DNA of 64,000 nt from IMG/VR virus record IMGVR_UViG_3300042402_001861, positions 113,365-177,364 of that record. One strand, written 5' to 3'. The position numbers were made by a program, and so were the translations under genes. The notes below the pieces were generated by a model, which saw only the letters and a program-made list of their open reading frames with translations, made no database searches and was not told the DNA's origin. Positions within the stretch are counted from its first letter, which is position 1. Every line of letters begins with the position of its first letter. The DNA comes from a virus. Below, piece after piece: positions 43,801 to 55,300 of this stretch.

Positions 43801-44525
43801 AGAGCAAGGCACAAGACAAACTCATACAGCATCGCCTGCTTGATCTTGTGCTGACCTCTTGGACAGAACAGCCTGCCTTCATGTGGGGCATCATCAACGA
43901 GCATGGGGCGATTCTACGCAATCGTGTATCCCTTATGACCAAGGAAGAGAAGGCTGCATATCCAAGCAACTTCTATGCTCTTGCATGGAAATTCAAGAAA
44001 CTCCTTGAGACAGCCAAGACTCCAACCGAGATTGCCAAGGCCATCGTCGCTCTCTACGACATCCGCGAGAAGACGAAGGAAGACATGGTGAATCCAAAGT
44101 CCATCGATGAAGCCGCAAGGATCATCTTCAAGGAAACAAACATCGACCTACAGTCGCTACTTGAAGAGAACCACGATGCCCGTCCGCTTATCGGAAAGTA
44201 TGAACTAGACGGAAAGCCCGTGTCATTCGAAAAGCCAGTCATGCCGATTGATGAAATCCTTGGATTCCCAATTTACAGAAATGGTGAAGACTTGTTCCTG
44301 ACTCTTGAGGCAAAGAAGACTAGCAGCGAGGATGGAGCAGCAGCCGTGGCTGTTCCTGCCAACAATGTCGGATCAGGAAACATCGCCGGTGTGTCGCCGG
44401 GTCAGGAACCGCCGGGTCCAAAGGGTGGGTTCAAGGCATTGGCCAAGATGAAGAAGAAAAGGATCATGCAACTCAGGAGGGATTCAAAGACCCTCAATGT
44501 GATTGCCAAAGAAGACAAGGAGTAA
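43797..44525 (+). CDS. conserved T4-like hypothetical protein (GTG start)
   Basis: GTGA overlap; W...PAF.WGII.E.G..L...T.EEK.AY motif. Confidence 0.65.
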   Translation: MKSKAQDKLIQHRLLDLVLTSWTEQPAFMWGIINEHGAILRNRVSLMTKEEKAAYPSNFYALAWKFKKLLETAKTPTEIAKAIVALYDIREKTKEDMVNPKSIDEAARIIFKETNIDLQSLLEENHDARPLIGKYELDGKPVSFEKPVMPIDEILGFPIYRNGEDLFLTLEAKKTSSEDGAAAVAVPANNVGSGNIAGVSPGQEPPGPKGGFKALAKMKKKRIMQLRRDSKTLNVIAKEDKE

Positions 44526-44528
44526 GAC

Positions 44529-45419
44529 ATGCTTTTTAGATGCTTTGCCGTGGTGTTGGGGGCAACCATCCTATTTGCAAATGGCTGCAAGAGCCTTCCT
44601 CCTGTCGAACCTTCCACGGGTGCAGCATCCGCAACCCTCAATTCCGTGGTTGACAGAACCAACGATGAGGTGGCAAACATCAAGCGAGATGCCTTGGAGA
44701 TCAAGGAAAATACCAAGAGTGCAATGCTGTCAAAGAGTGGACCAGAGATGGTGTTGGGCAAGATCGACAGCGAGGCAGACGCAATCGTTGCCTCTGCCAA
44801 TGACATACAGAAGGAAACCGCCAAACTCAAGAAACTCACGGCAGAGGTGACTAAACTTGAAAAGTCCCTGACTACCTTGAGGATTGCCATGGAAGAAGCC
44901 AAGGCCGCTGCACTTGAACGGCTTTATGGCTACATCACTTTGTTCTGGGTAATCGGCTTCATCTTGATCGCGGCTGGCGCTGCGGTTGCGTTCTTTCTCA
45001 ACAAGACATATGGTGGGATGTTGGCGCTCCTAGGTGCCCTGATGCTTGGGTTTGCCTCTGCATCGCATCGCTATCTTGACGAGATCGCCATGGTCGGTGC
45101 CATACTTCTTGTGGCAGGGTTCATCACGGCTGTGGGAATGATTGTCTGGTCAACCATCAACAGCAAGAGAAGCAGCATTGCCGTCAAGGAAATCGTGGAG
45201 ATGATGCAGATTCTCAAGGAAACCATGACAGACGATGAGAGAAATCGAATCTTCGGGCCGGATGGGATTGCAAGCAAGGTGCAGTCCGATCTGACCAAGG
45301 AGATCATCGCAAAGGTCAAGGAGAAGAATGGTTTCAAGCGGCTTGAGGAAATCCGCAATGCCATGAAGGAGTCGGAGAAGACAGGAGCAACGGGGGCAGC
45401 ACCGCCCGAGTCAAAGTGA
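44529..45419 (+). CDS. membrane protein: lipoprotein-like signal, coiled coil, three TM helices
   Basis: FAVVLGATILFANGC; heptad-rich middle; hydrophobic helices YITLFWVIG..., GGMLALLG..., IAMVGAIL... Confidence 0.7.
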   Translation: MLFRCFAVVLGATILFANGCKSLPPVEPSTGAASATLNSVVDRTNDEVANIKRDALEIKENTKSAMLSKSGPEMVLGKIDSEADAIVASANDIQKETAKLKKLTAEVTKLEKSLTTLRIAMEEAKAAALERLYGYITLFWVIGFILIAAGAAVAFFLNKTYGGMLALLGALMLGFASASHRYLDEIAMVGAILLVAGFITAVGMIVWSTINSKRSSIAVKEIVEMMQILKETMTDDERNRIFGPDGIASKVQSDLTKEIIAKVKEKNGFKRLEEIRNAMKESEKTGATGAAPPESK

Positions 45420-45542
45420 CGCTATGTATGCGTGACCGTTGCTGAAAATCCCACTTTTTCGGGCAGTTACAACAATTATTTTTGCGGCGAGAAAAAGAGG
45501 GCGGAAGTCAACTTTTAGTGAGCGAATCGTTGAGATTTGCTG

Positions 45543-45570
45543 TTGACTGTCTTCGTTGGTGGTGTATACT
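45543..45570 (+). promoter_or_regulatory. sigma70-like promoter TTGACT-16-TATACT
   Basis: Upstream of primase ATG 45582. Confidence 0.65.
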
Positions 45571-45581
45571 TTCCGAACCAC

Positions 45582-46622
45582 ATGAGCAACTACATCGACA
45601 GCAAGTACATCAACATCATCTCCCCTAGGCTGCAACGCTTTGGGTGGAAGAAGCAGAGCCTTGCTGTCTGTCGATGCCCCATCTGTGGAGACAGCCAGAA
45701 GTCCAAGAGCAAGACGAGGTTCTACTTCTACGAGAAGAAGGGCGGATTCTTCGTCCGTTGCCACAATTGCGACTATGGCACCACCTTGGGGAAGTTCATC
45801 GAATACATCGATCCGTTCGTGTACAAGCAGTACATGCTTGAGAAGTACCGTGATGGTCTTGAGGGTCGCCATGACGGAAAGGCCGATGCCGAGAAGCAGT
45901 TCAAGTTTGAAAAGCCCGTGTTCGAAAGCAAGCGCAGGGAACTTCTGCTTGAATCCCTTGAGCCCTTGACCGATCTGCCCGATGACCACAAGGCGGTGGA
46001 ATTCGTCAGGAACCGAAGGATTCCCGTGGAGCAATGGGAGAGGCTTTACTTCACGGAGGACTTTGGGTGGTGGGCCAAGCAAGTCGATCCCGAGATCGAA
46101 TCCCCTCCCGACGAGCGGTTGGTCATTCCAATCATGCGTGGCAATCGATTGGTTGCAGCACAGGGAAGATCGCTGTCTTCCACGGCTTCCGGCAGGATCA
46201 TTCGCTACATCACCATCAAGCGAGACAAGGACTTGCAGTCCATCTGGTTCGGCTTGGAGCGCATCGACAAGACCAAGCCCGTGATTGTGGTCGAAGGACC
46301 GCTCGATTCGCTGTTCCTTCCCAACTGCGTGGCAATGCTTGGAGCAAAGCACATCGGTGAACTGCCTGCGGAACTTGAGGGATGCAACATTACCTTTGCC
46401 CTTGACAATGAGCCAAGGAACAAGGAAGTGGTGGGAATTTATCAAAAACTCGTGGAAGACGGATACCGTGTCTGCTTCTGGCCTGAGAACATTCGGGTGA
46501 AGGACATCAACGACATGGTGATTGCAGGACACGAACCCAAGGAAATTGAAAGAACGATACGGGAAAATTCGTCAAGTGGGCTGATTGCCAGACTGAAACT
46601 GTCCACATGGCGGCATACATGA
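45582..46622 (+). CDS. gp61: DNA primase
   Basis: Zn finger CRCPICGDSQ...CHNC; TOPRIM VVEGPLDSLF..N.VAM; LDNEPRN; KDINDM. Confidence 0.96.
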   Translation: MSNYIDSKYINIISPRLQRFGWKKQSLAVCRCPICGDSQKSKSKTRFYFYEKKGGFFVRCHNCDYGTTLGKFIEYIDPFVYKQYMLEKYRDGLEGRHDGKADAEKQFKFEKPVFESKRRELLLESLEPLTDLPDDHKAVEFVRNRRIPVEQWERLYFTEDFGWWAKQVDPEIESPPDERLVIPIMRGNRLVAAQGRSLSSTASGRIIRYITIKRDKDLQSIWFGLERIDKTKPVIVVEGPLDSLFLPNCVAMLGAKHIGELPAELEGCNITFALDNEPRNKEVVGIYQKLVEDGYRVCFWPENIRVKDINDMVIAGHEPKEIERTIRENSSSGLIARLKLSTWRHT

Positions 46623-46635
46623 ACTAAATACCAAC

Positions 46636-47373
46636 ATGAGCGAAGAATCAACAGAACAACCACAGAATGACGAAACAGAAGTTCAGTCCTCTCCCATTGG
46701 CGATCTGATCGACCGTCTGCAAAGCAAGGACTTGATCGGAGGAAAGGACATGATTCGTTCCATCCTCTTCTCCAAGTTGAGGGGACGGCTAGACACCCTC
46801 AATTCAACTACGGCTCCTATCGATGGAATCGAAGTCAATGAACCCGAGGTTGAGATTGCTGAAAGCGGCGTTGGTGCTGCCCTGACTCCTGACAAGCAGG
46901 GAACCGCCCGTAGAGGATTCAAGCCTCACTACCGTCAGTTCCCGACCGAGTTCGTGTGGACCGCCGAGAAGGATGGTCAAATCATCGACACCGCAAAGAT
47001 GAACGCCGAGACTCTTGATCGGGCACAGGAAGCCATGAAGGAACTTGGCAAGATCATGGCCGAGAAGGGTGCGGAGGTCATCAAGATTCATGGTCGCGAT
47101 GGCAAGGTTCTTTCGTCCATGAAAATCGGTGAGTCCGTGGAGGCCGGGGGGTGGAACCTAGGTGACTTGGACAAGATCACCGGAACAGGCAAGGCCATGG
47201 GTGCAAAGGTCAGCGACATGATGGTGAACATCCGCGAAAAGATCGTCAAGCGTGGCGAGAAGTTCGTCATCCTTTCCAAGGATGGCAGCAAGCAACTTGG
47301 CGAGTACGACAACCTTGCGGATGCCGAGAAACGCCTGCGGCAGATTGAGTATTTCAAGCACATGAAGAAGTGA
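46636..47373 (+). CDS. putative internal head protein
   Basis: Late promoter 46625-46630; IAES/IGES linkers; C-terminal KRGEKFVILSKDG..LG.Y...A..RLRQIEYFKH motif. Confidence 0.6.
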   Translation: MSEESTEQPQNDETEVQSSPIGDLIDRLQSKDLIGGKDMIRSILFSKLRGRLDTLNSTTAPIDGIEVNEPEVEIAESGVGAALTPDKQGTARRGFKPHYRQFPTEFVWTAEKDGQIIDTAKMNAETLDRAQEAMKELGKIMAEKGAEVIKIHGRDGKVLSSMKIGESVEAGGWNLGDLDKITGTGKAMGAKVSDMMVNIREKIVKRGEKFVILSKDGSKQLGEYDNLADAEKRLRQIEYFKHMKK

Positions 47374-47387
47374 CAAGGAGATAGATC

Positions 47388-48131
47388 ATGCAAGTTACTG
47401 AAGTGTTGGGTGGGCGACCGAAGAGTGTCCTTGCTTTGGACAAGGGGTTCGTTGAATATATCGATCATCTTGGCGATGACCTGACCGTGGTGAATGCGGC
47501 TCGGGTTTCGTTCCACAAGGAAAGCAGTTGGGAGTGGGAGGATTCACATGTCCCCCGTGGTCATCTGTCCGAGAAGGACCAGAAACTCATCAAGTACCTT
47601 GCCAAGCACAAGCATTGGACACCTTTCGCTCACCCACAGGTGACGCTCCGAATCAAGGCTCCAATCTTCGTTCGGACGCAACTCTTCAAGCACAAGGTAG
47701 GATTCACCGAGAACGAGGTTTCTCGTCGCTATATCTCTGAGCCGCCACAGGTCTATTACCCCCGTTGGCGTGGCAAGCCCACAAACGGCGCAAAGCAGGG
47801 TTCCGATGACTTTCTGCCCGTCAACGAAGAACTCAATACCATCAATCGACACTACGAGATGACGGTCAGGGAGTCTCTTCTGACCTATCACGAACTAATT
47901 GATCGTGGGGTTGCACCCGAGCAGGCACGGGCGGTCTTGCCGCAGGGAACCTACACGGAGTGGTGGTGGACTGGATCTTTGTCCGCATATGCCCGTGTGT
48001 ATGCACAGCGCATAGACGCACACGCACAATGGGAAGTTCAGCAGTATGCACAGGCCATCAATTTGATTATTGCGCCTTTGTTCAAGCATTCTTGGGCGGC
48101 ACTCACGGAAAAGCCATCTGCGGGTATCTAA
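47388..48131 (+). CDS. thyX: FAD-dependent thymidylate synthase
   Basis: VVNAARVSF, HWTPFAH, APIFV..QL.KH, NEVSRRY, APEQAR.VLPQ. Confidence 0.95.
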   Translation: MQVTEVLGGRPKSVLALDKGFVEYIDHLGDDLTVVNAARVSFHKESSWEWEDSHVPRGHLSEKDQKLIKYLAKHKHWTPFAHPQVTLRIKAPIFVRTQLFKHKVGFTENEVSRRYISEPPQVYYPRWRGKPTNGAKQGSDDFLPVNEELNTINRHYEMTVRESLLTYHELIDRGVAPEQARAVLPQGTYTEWWWTGSLSAYARVYAQRIDAHAQWEVQQYAQAINLIIAPLFKHSWAALTEKPSAGI

Positions 48132-48140
48132 ATACCTTGC

Positions 48141-49595
48141 ATGGCCAAATTCCGAGACTTCATAGGCAAGGAACCCGATCCCGAAGGGTTGGAAGAACTG
48201 TACAAGGAATTTCAGGAGTTCATGGAGGCTCCTGAGCCGGATGTAGTCTCGTCTGCAACATCCAAGCAAAAAATCCGAGTAGTGAGGGGTTCACCCGGCC
48301 CGAAGGGCGAAAAGGGTGACAAGGGAGACACCGGCGAACGGGGTCTTCGTGGTTTGCGTGGAATCACAGGCCCAAGGGGCGAAAGAGGTGACCGTGGCGA
48401 GAAGGGCGACAAGGGCGAGCGTGGCGAAAAGGGTCCGCAGGGCGAAAGAGGTCCGCAAGGCGAGGTCGGCCCCCGTGGGGAAAAAGGAAGTGACGGGAAA
48501 GCGGGTGCCCAAGGCACACCTGGACCCCAAGGTCTTCGTGGCGAAAAAGGTGACAAGGGAGACAGAGGAGAAGCAGGGCCGCAAGGACTGAAGGGGGTTG
48601 CTGGTCCCAAGGGGGACAAGGGAGAGAAGGGCGATGTAGGCCCACGGGGTATCGCTGGCCCCAAGGGAGACAAAGGAGATAAGGGCGATAAGGGAGACAA
48701 GGGTGAGCCGGGTCTTCAGGGAATCGCCGGAGTCGCGGGAGCCAAAGGAGAGAAGGGTGCTGTTGGTCCAGTTGGTCCGCAGGGCAAGCGTGGTTCCAAG
48801 GGACAAAAGGGTGACCGTGGAGAAAAGGGCGAGAAGGGTGATGTTGGTCCTGCCGGTCCACAAGGTGAGAAGGGTGCCACGGGAGACTCTGGCGTTCTTC
48901 ATGCAATCTATCCACTCAAGTACGATCCCAAGTCAAAGACACTCAAGGTAGACCTTACCAACCTGAATCGCGGAACCACCGTACTGGGCAATCCCGGCGG
49001 CGGAATGGGTGAAGCATTCAAGTTCGTTGAAGTCGCAGGACAGCCCGGTCTTACTGCCATCCAGTATCAGGCAGAGACTCTTCGGTTCGATGCAGGCAAC
49101 AATGTACAACTGATCACCAACCCTGCGACGAACAGCATAACCATATCCTCTTCGGGCACGAACTTCTTCTATCAGCCCGATCCCCCGACATCGGGATTCA
49201 CCGCCGGTTCACGATGGATGGATTCGGATGATGGACAGGAGTACATCTACATCAATGACGGCAACACGCAGCAATGGGTGCAGCCCACGGTGAATCCTGC
49301 AATGGTGGTTGCCGTGACATCGGTAACGGGAAGCACATACCTAGCCACGGGTAGGGATCACTACATCGGTGTCAACGCAACCGGACCCGTGACGATAACT
49401 CTTCCTTCCCTGCCGTTCACGGGAAGGGAAATCATCGTCAAGGATGAGTCGGGTCGGGCAGGAGAGCCTTATCGATACATCACCATAGTCGGTGCAACGG
49501 CGGCAGACACGGTTGACAACCAAGAGTCCGCAACCATCAATCTAAATAACGCAGGACTGCATTTCATATACAACAATGGGTGGAGAATAGTATGA
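48141..49595 (+). CDS. collagen-like virion/fibre protein
   Basis: 68 uninterrupted G-X-Y triplets; late promoter 48129-48134; C-terminal ITLP..P..GREIIVKDE motif. Confidence 0.85.
   Translation: MAKFRDFIGKEPDPEGLEELYKEFQEFMEAPEPDVVSSATSKQKIRVVRGSPGPKGEKGDKGDTGERGLRGLRGITGPRGERGDRGEKGDKGERGEKGPQGERGPQGEVGPRGEKGSDGKAGAQGTPGPQGLRGEKGDKGDRGEAGPQGLKGVAGPKGDKGEKGDVGPRGIAGPKGDKGDKGDKGDKGEPGLQGIAGVAGAKGEKGAVGPVGPQGKRGSKGQKGDRGEKGEKGDVGPAGPQGEKGATGDSGVLHAIYPLKYDPKSKTLKVDLTNLNRGTTVLGNPGGGMGEAFKFVEVAGQPGLTAIQYQAETLRFDAGNNVQLITNPATNSITISSSGTNFFYQPDPPTSGFTAGSRWMDSDDGQEYIYINDGNTQQWVQPTVNPAMVVAVTSVTGSTYLATGRDHYIGVNATGPVTITLPSLPFTGREIIVKDESGRAGEPYRYITIVGATAADTVDNQESATINLNNAGLHFIYNNGWRIV
48288..48899 (+). 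repeat. collagen (Gly-X-Y)68, charged (GEK/GDK/GER)
   Basis: Counted from the translation. Confidence 0.9.
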
Positions 49596-50827
49596 GTTAC
49601 CTTTTCAACGATCAAGTGCAATTCAAGGGAAATGCAGTAGATGCCTTCAACCGATTGAAAGTCTCTGCACCTTTCACGCTTTTCGACAGCCAGAATCGCT
49701 ATCAGATGAACGACAAGTGGGACACATTCGGTGCCACCGGAGGTACTGCCACATTCGCAGTACTTGAAAGCGCCATCAACATGACCGTGGGAACAACGGC
49801 AGGAAGCAAGGTCACACGGGAAACCAAGAGGGTGTTCCCCTACCAACCCGGCAAGTCCCTGCTCGTCCTCAACACCTTTGCAATGAACACTCCCAAGGAT
49901 GGTCTGTTGCAGCGGGTAGGGTATTTCGGCATCACGGGAGGGGCGACCGCATCCGTTCCCTTCAATGGCATCTACTTGCAGCAAGACGGGCTCACGATGT
50001 CCATGTGCTTGGCTAGTGCGTCACTTGGCAACACAATCACGGTCAATCAGTCAAATTGGAATGGAGACAAGTTCGATGGAAACGGAGAGTCGGGAAGGAC
50101 TCTTGATCCAACCAAGGGAAACATAATGTGGATGGACATTGAATGGCTCGGTGTCGGTGATGTGAGGACAGGGTTCATTGTAGATGGACGGCCAATCGTT
50201 GCCCATACATTCCACAACGACAACCTGAATCCAACGACCTACATGACAACGGCGATATTGCCGATTCGGTATGAACTGATGAATACCAAGGGGCAGACCG
50301 GAAGCAGCACGATGAAGCAGATATGCTCATCCGTGATAAGCGAGGGTGGATATGAAGGATTCAGCCGCAGACACAATGTCACCCATAACGGAGCAACCCT
50401 AAAGACCCTGACCACGGCGGGGGTGCAGTATCCGATCATCGCACTTCGACTCAATTCCAATCGGCTCGACAGCGTTGTGGTTCCTTCCAACATCAATGCC
50501 GTGATTCAGGAAACCAGCAACAACAAGCCCAACACGGCACAGTATCGCATACTGTTCAACCCATCGATAAGCGGCGGTTCATGGGTCACCCACTACAACG
50601 GAAATGTTGACTACAACAACACAATGGCAAGCATAACTGGTGGAACCGACATCATAGGCGGATACATCAGCAGCAGCGGATCTTTGGTAATATCGGATGT
50701 CAATGACTTCAATTTCCAAATCGGAAGAACCCAACTTGGAGTTAGCGATGTGATCGTGTTCACCATGACACCAATCTATGATGGTGCAAAGATATGCGCT
50801 GACTTCTCTTGGTTTGAGATCATCTGA
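49592..50827 (+). CDS. virion structural protein (beta-rich)
   Basis: [17 protein letters not shown]...YQPGKS...WLGVG.VR.GF motifs common in large-phage virion proteins; ATGA overlap. Confidence 0.7.
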   Translation: MSYLFNDQVQFKGNAVDAFNRLKVSAPFTLFDSQNRYQMNDKWDTFGATGGTATFAVLESAINMTVGTTAGSKVTRETKRVFPYQPGKSLLVLNTFAMNTPKDGLLQRVGYFGITGGATASVPFNGIYLQQDGLTMSMCLASASLGNTITVNQSNWNGDKFDGNGESGRTLDPTKGNIMWMDIEWLGVGDVRTGFIVDGRPIVAHTFHNDNLNPTTYMTTAILPIRYELMNTKGQTGSSTMKQICSSVISEGGYEGFSRRHNVTHNGATLKTLTTAGVQYPIIALRLNSNRLDSVVVPSNINAVIQETSNNKPNTAQYRILFNPSISGGSWVTHYNGNVDYNNTMASITGGTDIIGGYISSSGSLVISDVNDFNFQIGRTQLGVSDVIVFTMTPIYDGAKICADFSWFEII

Positions 50828-52362
50828 TGCCCTTGGACTTTCCGTCGAATCCCTTCCTAAACCAGGTCTATGCTGCCAATGGCAAGGCTTGGCGATGGAA
50901 CGGAGCCGCATGGGAGACACACAACGCATCCCTTACGGTTGATTATGTCTCGGACATTAACGGCATATCCGGCAGCGTATCACTCACGGCTGGTGCAAAT
51001 GTAACCATCACGAAGTCGGGACAGACCCTGACAATTGCGTCTAGCGGAGGCGGCGGTGGAGGAACAGGAAGCGGCGCAAATGGTGCCACAGGAGCAACAG
51101 GTGCTACTGGTCCTGTGGGTGCCACAGGTCCGCAGGGTGCTACTGGTTCCACGGGTCCGCAGGGTGCCACGGGTACACAAGGCCCAACAGGCCCACAGGG
51201 TGCAACGGGTACACAAGGCCCAACAGGCCCACAGGGTGCAACAGGTCCTCAAGGAGAAATTGGCCCTCAAGGCATTCAGGGTGAAAGTTTTTACTTTAGA
51301 GGCCCTTACGGTGGTTCAGAGATTGTTTATAATCTCAATGATGTAGTTACATTCATTGGCAATTCTTATATTTGTTTAACTAATGGTCTTACTGGCTCTC
51401 AACCAGATTCTTTAGTGGGTTGGGATGTATTTGTAGAAAAGGGTTCAACTGGCCCACAGGGTGCAACAGGTCCGCAAGGTGCAACTGGTGCAAATTCAAC
51501 TGTTCCCGGCCCAACAGGCCCAACAGGTCTGCAAGGTGCAACGGGCTCACAGGGTGCAACGGGTACACAAGGCCCAACAGGCCCACAGGGTGCAACGGGT
51601 ACACAAGGATCAACAGGCCCACAGGGTGCAACAGGTCCGCAAGGTGCAACGGGCTCACAGGGTGCCACGGGTGCTACAGGAAGAATAGCGTTCACCTATG
51701 GTGCAACTGCTCCATCTTCGCCTCAAATGGGAGATCAATGGCTCAATGAAGTCAATGGAAATCTTTATACTTGGCTGGTCGATGAGGGAGAAGGAACAGG
51801 CCAATGGGTCAACTACAACACAAGCATCACGACAATAGGTGGCGATGGTGCAACAGGAGTCAACAAATTTACCTACAGTTCTATGGAACCAACTGGTTCC
51901 ACATCTGGAGATGAATGGCTGAATTCTGTTGACGGGAAACTCTACACCTACCTTGTGGATGCAGGCGAAGTGACAGGACAATGGGTAGAACTTTCCGTGA
52001 TTCCCGATGCCATAAACACATCGTTCCGTGGACCATCAGGAAACACCTTGGGACCATTGACATTCTCTCAGCAGGCTACATCCGACTATACGCTTGTCAT
52101 TGGTGATTCTGCCAAGACCATAGAGATGGTATATGGTTCTGCCAACACATTGCAGATTCCCTCATACTCCAATGTTGCATTCCCCACGGGTACTCAGATC
52201 ATGGTCATGCAGGCTGGGGCAGGGAACACATCATTGACAGGGGCTGCCGGTGTTACCCTGAATTCAAGAAATTCAATGTTTTCTCTGAACGGCCAATGGT
52301 CGGTCGTGACTCTTGTAAATAGGTCAATAGATACTTGGGTCGTACACGGAGACTTGGCCTGA
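50827..52362 (+). CDS. tail-fibre-like protein with Thr-rich collagen repeats
   Basis: [13 protein letters not shown]...W.WNG.AW; GPQGAT/GPT repeats; two GD.W(L)N...LY modules; C-terminal YTLVIGD...LNGQWS.VTL...W...GDL. Confidence 0.8.
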   Translation: MPLDFPSNPFLNQVYAANGKAWRWNGAAWETHNASLTVDYVSDINGISGSVSLTAGANVTITKSGQTLTIASSGGGGGGTGSGANGATGATGATGPVGATGPQGATGSTGPQGATGTQGPTGPQGATGTQGPTGPQGATGPQGEIGPQGIQGESFYFRGPYGGSEIVYNLNDVVTFIGNSYICLTNGLTGSQPDSLVGWDVFVEKGSTGPQGATGPQGATGANSTVPGPTGPTGLQGATGSQGATGTQGPTGPQGATGTQGSTGPQGATGPQGATGSQGATGATGRIAFTYGATAPSSPQMGDQWLNEVNGNLYTWLVDEGEGTGQWVNYNTSITTIGGDGATGVNKFTYSSMEPTGSTSGDEWLNSVDGKLYTYLVDAGEVTGQWVELSVIPDAINTSFRGPSGNTLGPLTFSQQATSDYTLVIGDSAKTIEMVYGSANTLQIPSYSNVAFPTGTQIMVMQAGAGNTSLTGAAGVTLNSRNSMFSLNGQWSVVTLVNRSIDTWVVHGDLA

Positions 52363-55300
52363 TGGGAGCAGAAGATATCATCATAAAGTTGAAGCGTGGT
52401 GTTTCGGGTGGGGCAGCACCGACTGGCCTGACCCACGGTGAACTTGCCATAAACACCACGGATGTCCGTCTGTATGTTGGTTCCTTGACTGGCTCGGTTC
52501 TGGCGATAAACAACAGGTTCTTCACCGGGGCTACCGCTCCCGATTACCCAATCGAAGGAGACAGATGGTACAACGGCACATATGAAAGTGCCTACATCTC
52601 TGGTTCTTGGCAGGCTGTGGGCGGTGGAGGTGGAACTGGATCATTCAATCCTGCAAACTTGCTGATGTTTGTCGCTGGGGCAAGTGGTTCTGGCGGAATT
52701 ACCTTCTCGGGAAATTTTACGATCACCAACAATCTTGGTGGAACTACTGAAATTCTAAACGGTCTGACCGTTGTTGGGGGAATCACAGGAAGCATTCTGA
52801 CCGCAACCCAACCAAATATCACCTTGGTGGGAATCCTTTCCTCGCTTACTGCATCGGGGCTGATCTCTGCAAACGCCGGTCTGTCGGCAAGCAACCTGTT
52901 TGTTACCAATGGTGCCACCTTTGGCTCCAACATCTATGCGCCAAACATGGTCACGGGTGTCAATGGAATCACAGGTGCGGTAACCATCACATCCGGTTCC
53001 AACATCACGATCACTCAGTCGGGCAAACAGATAACAATAGCGGCTGCTGCAACTCCCGCAACTCTTGCCACCTCAAGTGTTACCGGTGTTGCCTCTTTCC
53101 GTGCAGCGGACTTTGATGTATCTGTGACTGGTTCGGTGAGTCTCACGGGAACCGTGGCAAGAACCAATGTTTCTCAGACATTCACCGGATTGCAGACATT
53201 TGGTTCCGGCATTTCTGGCAACGGCATCACGGGAACTTTGCTGACTTCGACGCAGCCAAACATAACATTGCTTGGTTCGTTGTCTGCGCTTACTGCTGCC
53301 AATGTTCAGGTTTCTGGCGGTGGGCTCAGCGTAACAGGCGGAATCGCGGGAACAATAGTTACGGCTTCTCAACCCAATATTACTGCAATAGGAACTCTAT
53401 CTTCTTTCAGTACGGCAGGACTTACCTCGTTCGAAAGAATCAACATCACCAATGGTGGACTTTCTGCCTCTGGTCCTGTCTTCATTCAGTCCAATGGCCT
53501 AAGTGTAACTGGTGGAATCGCAGGAACCCTGTTGACCGCTGCACAGACCAACATCACATCGGTTGGTGTACTCAACGGATTGTCTGTCAACAACGGACTC
53601 AGCGTCACGGGTTCTCTGGTTGTGACGGGATCAGCAGACATCTTTGGTGGTCTATTCATTGACTCCGGTGGCTTGAGTGTTACTGGCGGCATTGCAGGAA
53701 CAATAGTCACACCATCACAGACCAACATTACATCCGTTGGTGTTCTGAACGGACTTTCTGTTAACAATGGTTTGAGTGTCACGGGTGGAATTAGCGTAAC
53801 TGGTGGAGTTAGTGTTGGTGGTGGAGGACTTAGTGTAACTGGCGGAATCGCAGGAACCCTGTTGACTTCTGCACAAACCAACATCACATCAGTTGGAACC
53901 TTGTCGAACCTGACGGCAACGAATGTTCAAATTTCAAGTGGTGGACTAAGTGTCACGGGTGGCTTGAGTGTGACTGGTGGTGAAACCCTCTTTGGTGGCT
54001 CAAGGATTCAAAGTGGTGGCTTGAGTGTCACGGGAGGCATTGCCGGAACTCTTGTAACTGCTGTACAGACAAACATCACTTCGGTTGGAACCTTGACTTC
54101 CTTGTCCACAGCAGGACTCACTTCCTCTCAGAGGATCAATATCACCAACGGTGGTCTATCGGCAGCAGGACCAATATTCATCCAATCCAATGGCTTGAGT
54201 GTGACTGGTGGCATTGCGGGAACACTATTGACCGCTGCACAAACCAACATCACATCAGTTGGAACCTTGTCGAACCTGACGGCAACAAATGTTCAAATTT
54301 CAAGTGGTGGACTGAGCGTCACGGGTGGCTTGAGTGTGACTGGCGGATCTACTCTGTTTGGGGGAGGAACGATACAAAGTGGTGGCTTGAGTGTCACGGG
54401 AGGCATTGCCGGAACTTTGCTCACAGCAGCACAACCCAATATCACATCCGTGGGAACCCTGACTTCACTCAATTCCTCGGGCCTGATCTCTACTACTGCG
54501 GGTCTTTCTGGGAATAGCCTTAATATTGCTGCCGGTGCAACATTCAATGGTGCGGTAAGGATCTTTGGAGACTTGTTGGTGAGTGGTGGAATCACCACGA
54601 CCGTTAGTGAAAATGTCCTGATCGAAGACAACTTCATCGTCCTCAATTCCAACGCAACTGTAGCAGACAGCGGAGGCATAGAAGTTTATCGTGGACCAGC
54701 CGCTACTAATCGTATTCTTAGGTGGAACGAGTCTAGCGGTACATGGCAATACACAAATGATGGAACCACCTATTTCAACATAGCGGCTGCCGGTGCGCTT
54801 CCACTAGCATCCGCTACCGTTACGGGTGTTGCCTCGTTTGGCAATGAGTTTGTCGTATCCGCTCTTGGTGCAGTAAGCCTGACAAGCAATTATGTGCGAT
54901 CCGTGAATGGTGTAACAGGTGGTGTTACCGGTGTCGCCTGGAACTTCCTGCCACAGACATTCACAGGGTATCAATCCTTCTCAAGCGGTGTTTCGTCTTC
55001 AAACCTCTATGTCTCCACGGGTGCAACATTTGCCGGTGGAGTAAACATAAGTTCTGGTGGCTTGAGTGTCACGGGAGGAATTGCCGGAACTATCGTAACT
55101 CCAAGCCAGACCAACATCACGACTGTTGGTTCCTTGGTGTCCTTGTCAACGGCAGGACTTACTTCTTCACAGAGAATCAATATCACCAATGGTGGTTTGT
55201 CTGCTGCCGGACCAGTATTCATCCAATCCAACGGGTTGAGTGTAACTGGCGGAATCGCAGGAACTTTGTTGACAGCGACACAAACAAACATCACATCGGT

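Noticed and set aside
45420-45542. AT-tract intergenic region before the primase as a possible origin
   Set aside because: No iterons or clear repeats; explained as promoter-upstream sequence
48212-48915. Pro-rich minus-strand ORFs (SPLSP, APCGP; also at 51389-51695)
   Set aside because: Mirror images of the collagen G-X-Y repeats on the + strand
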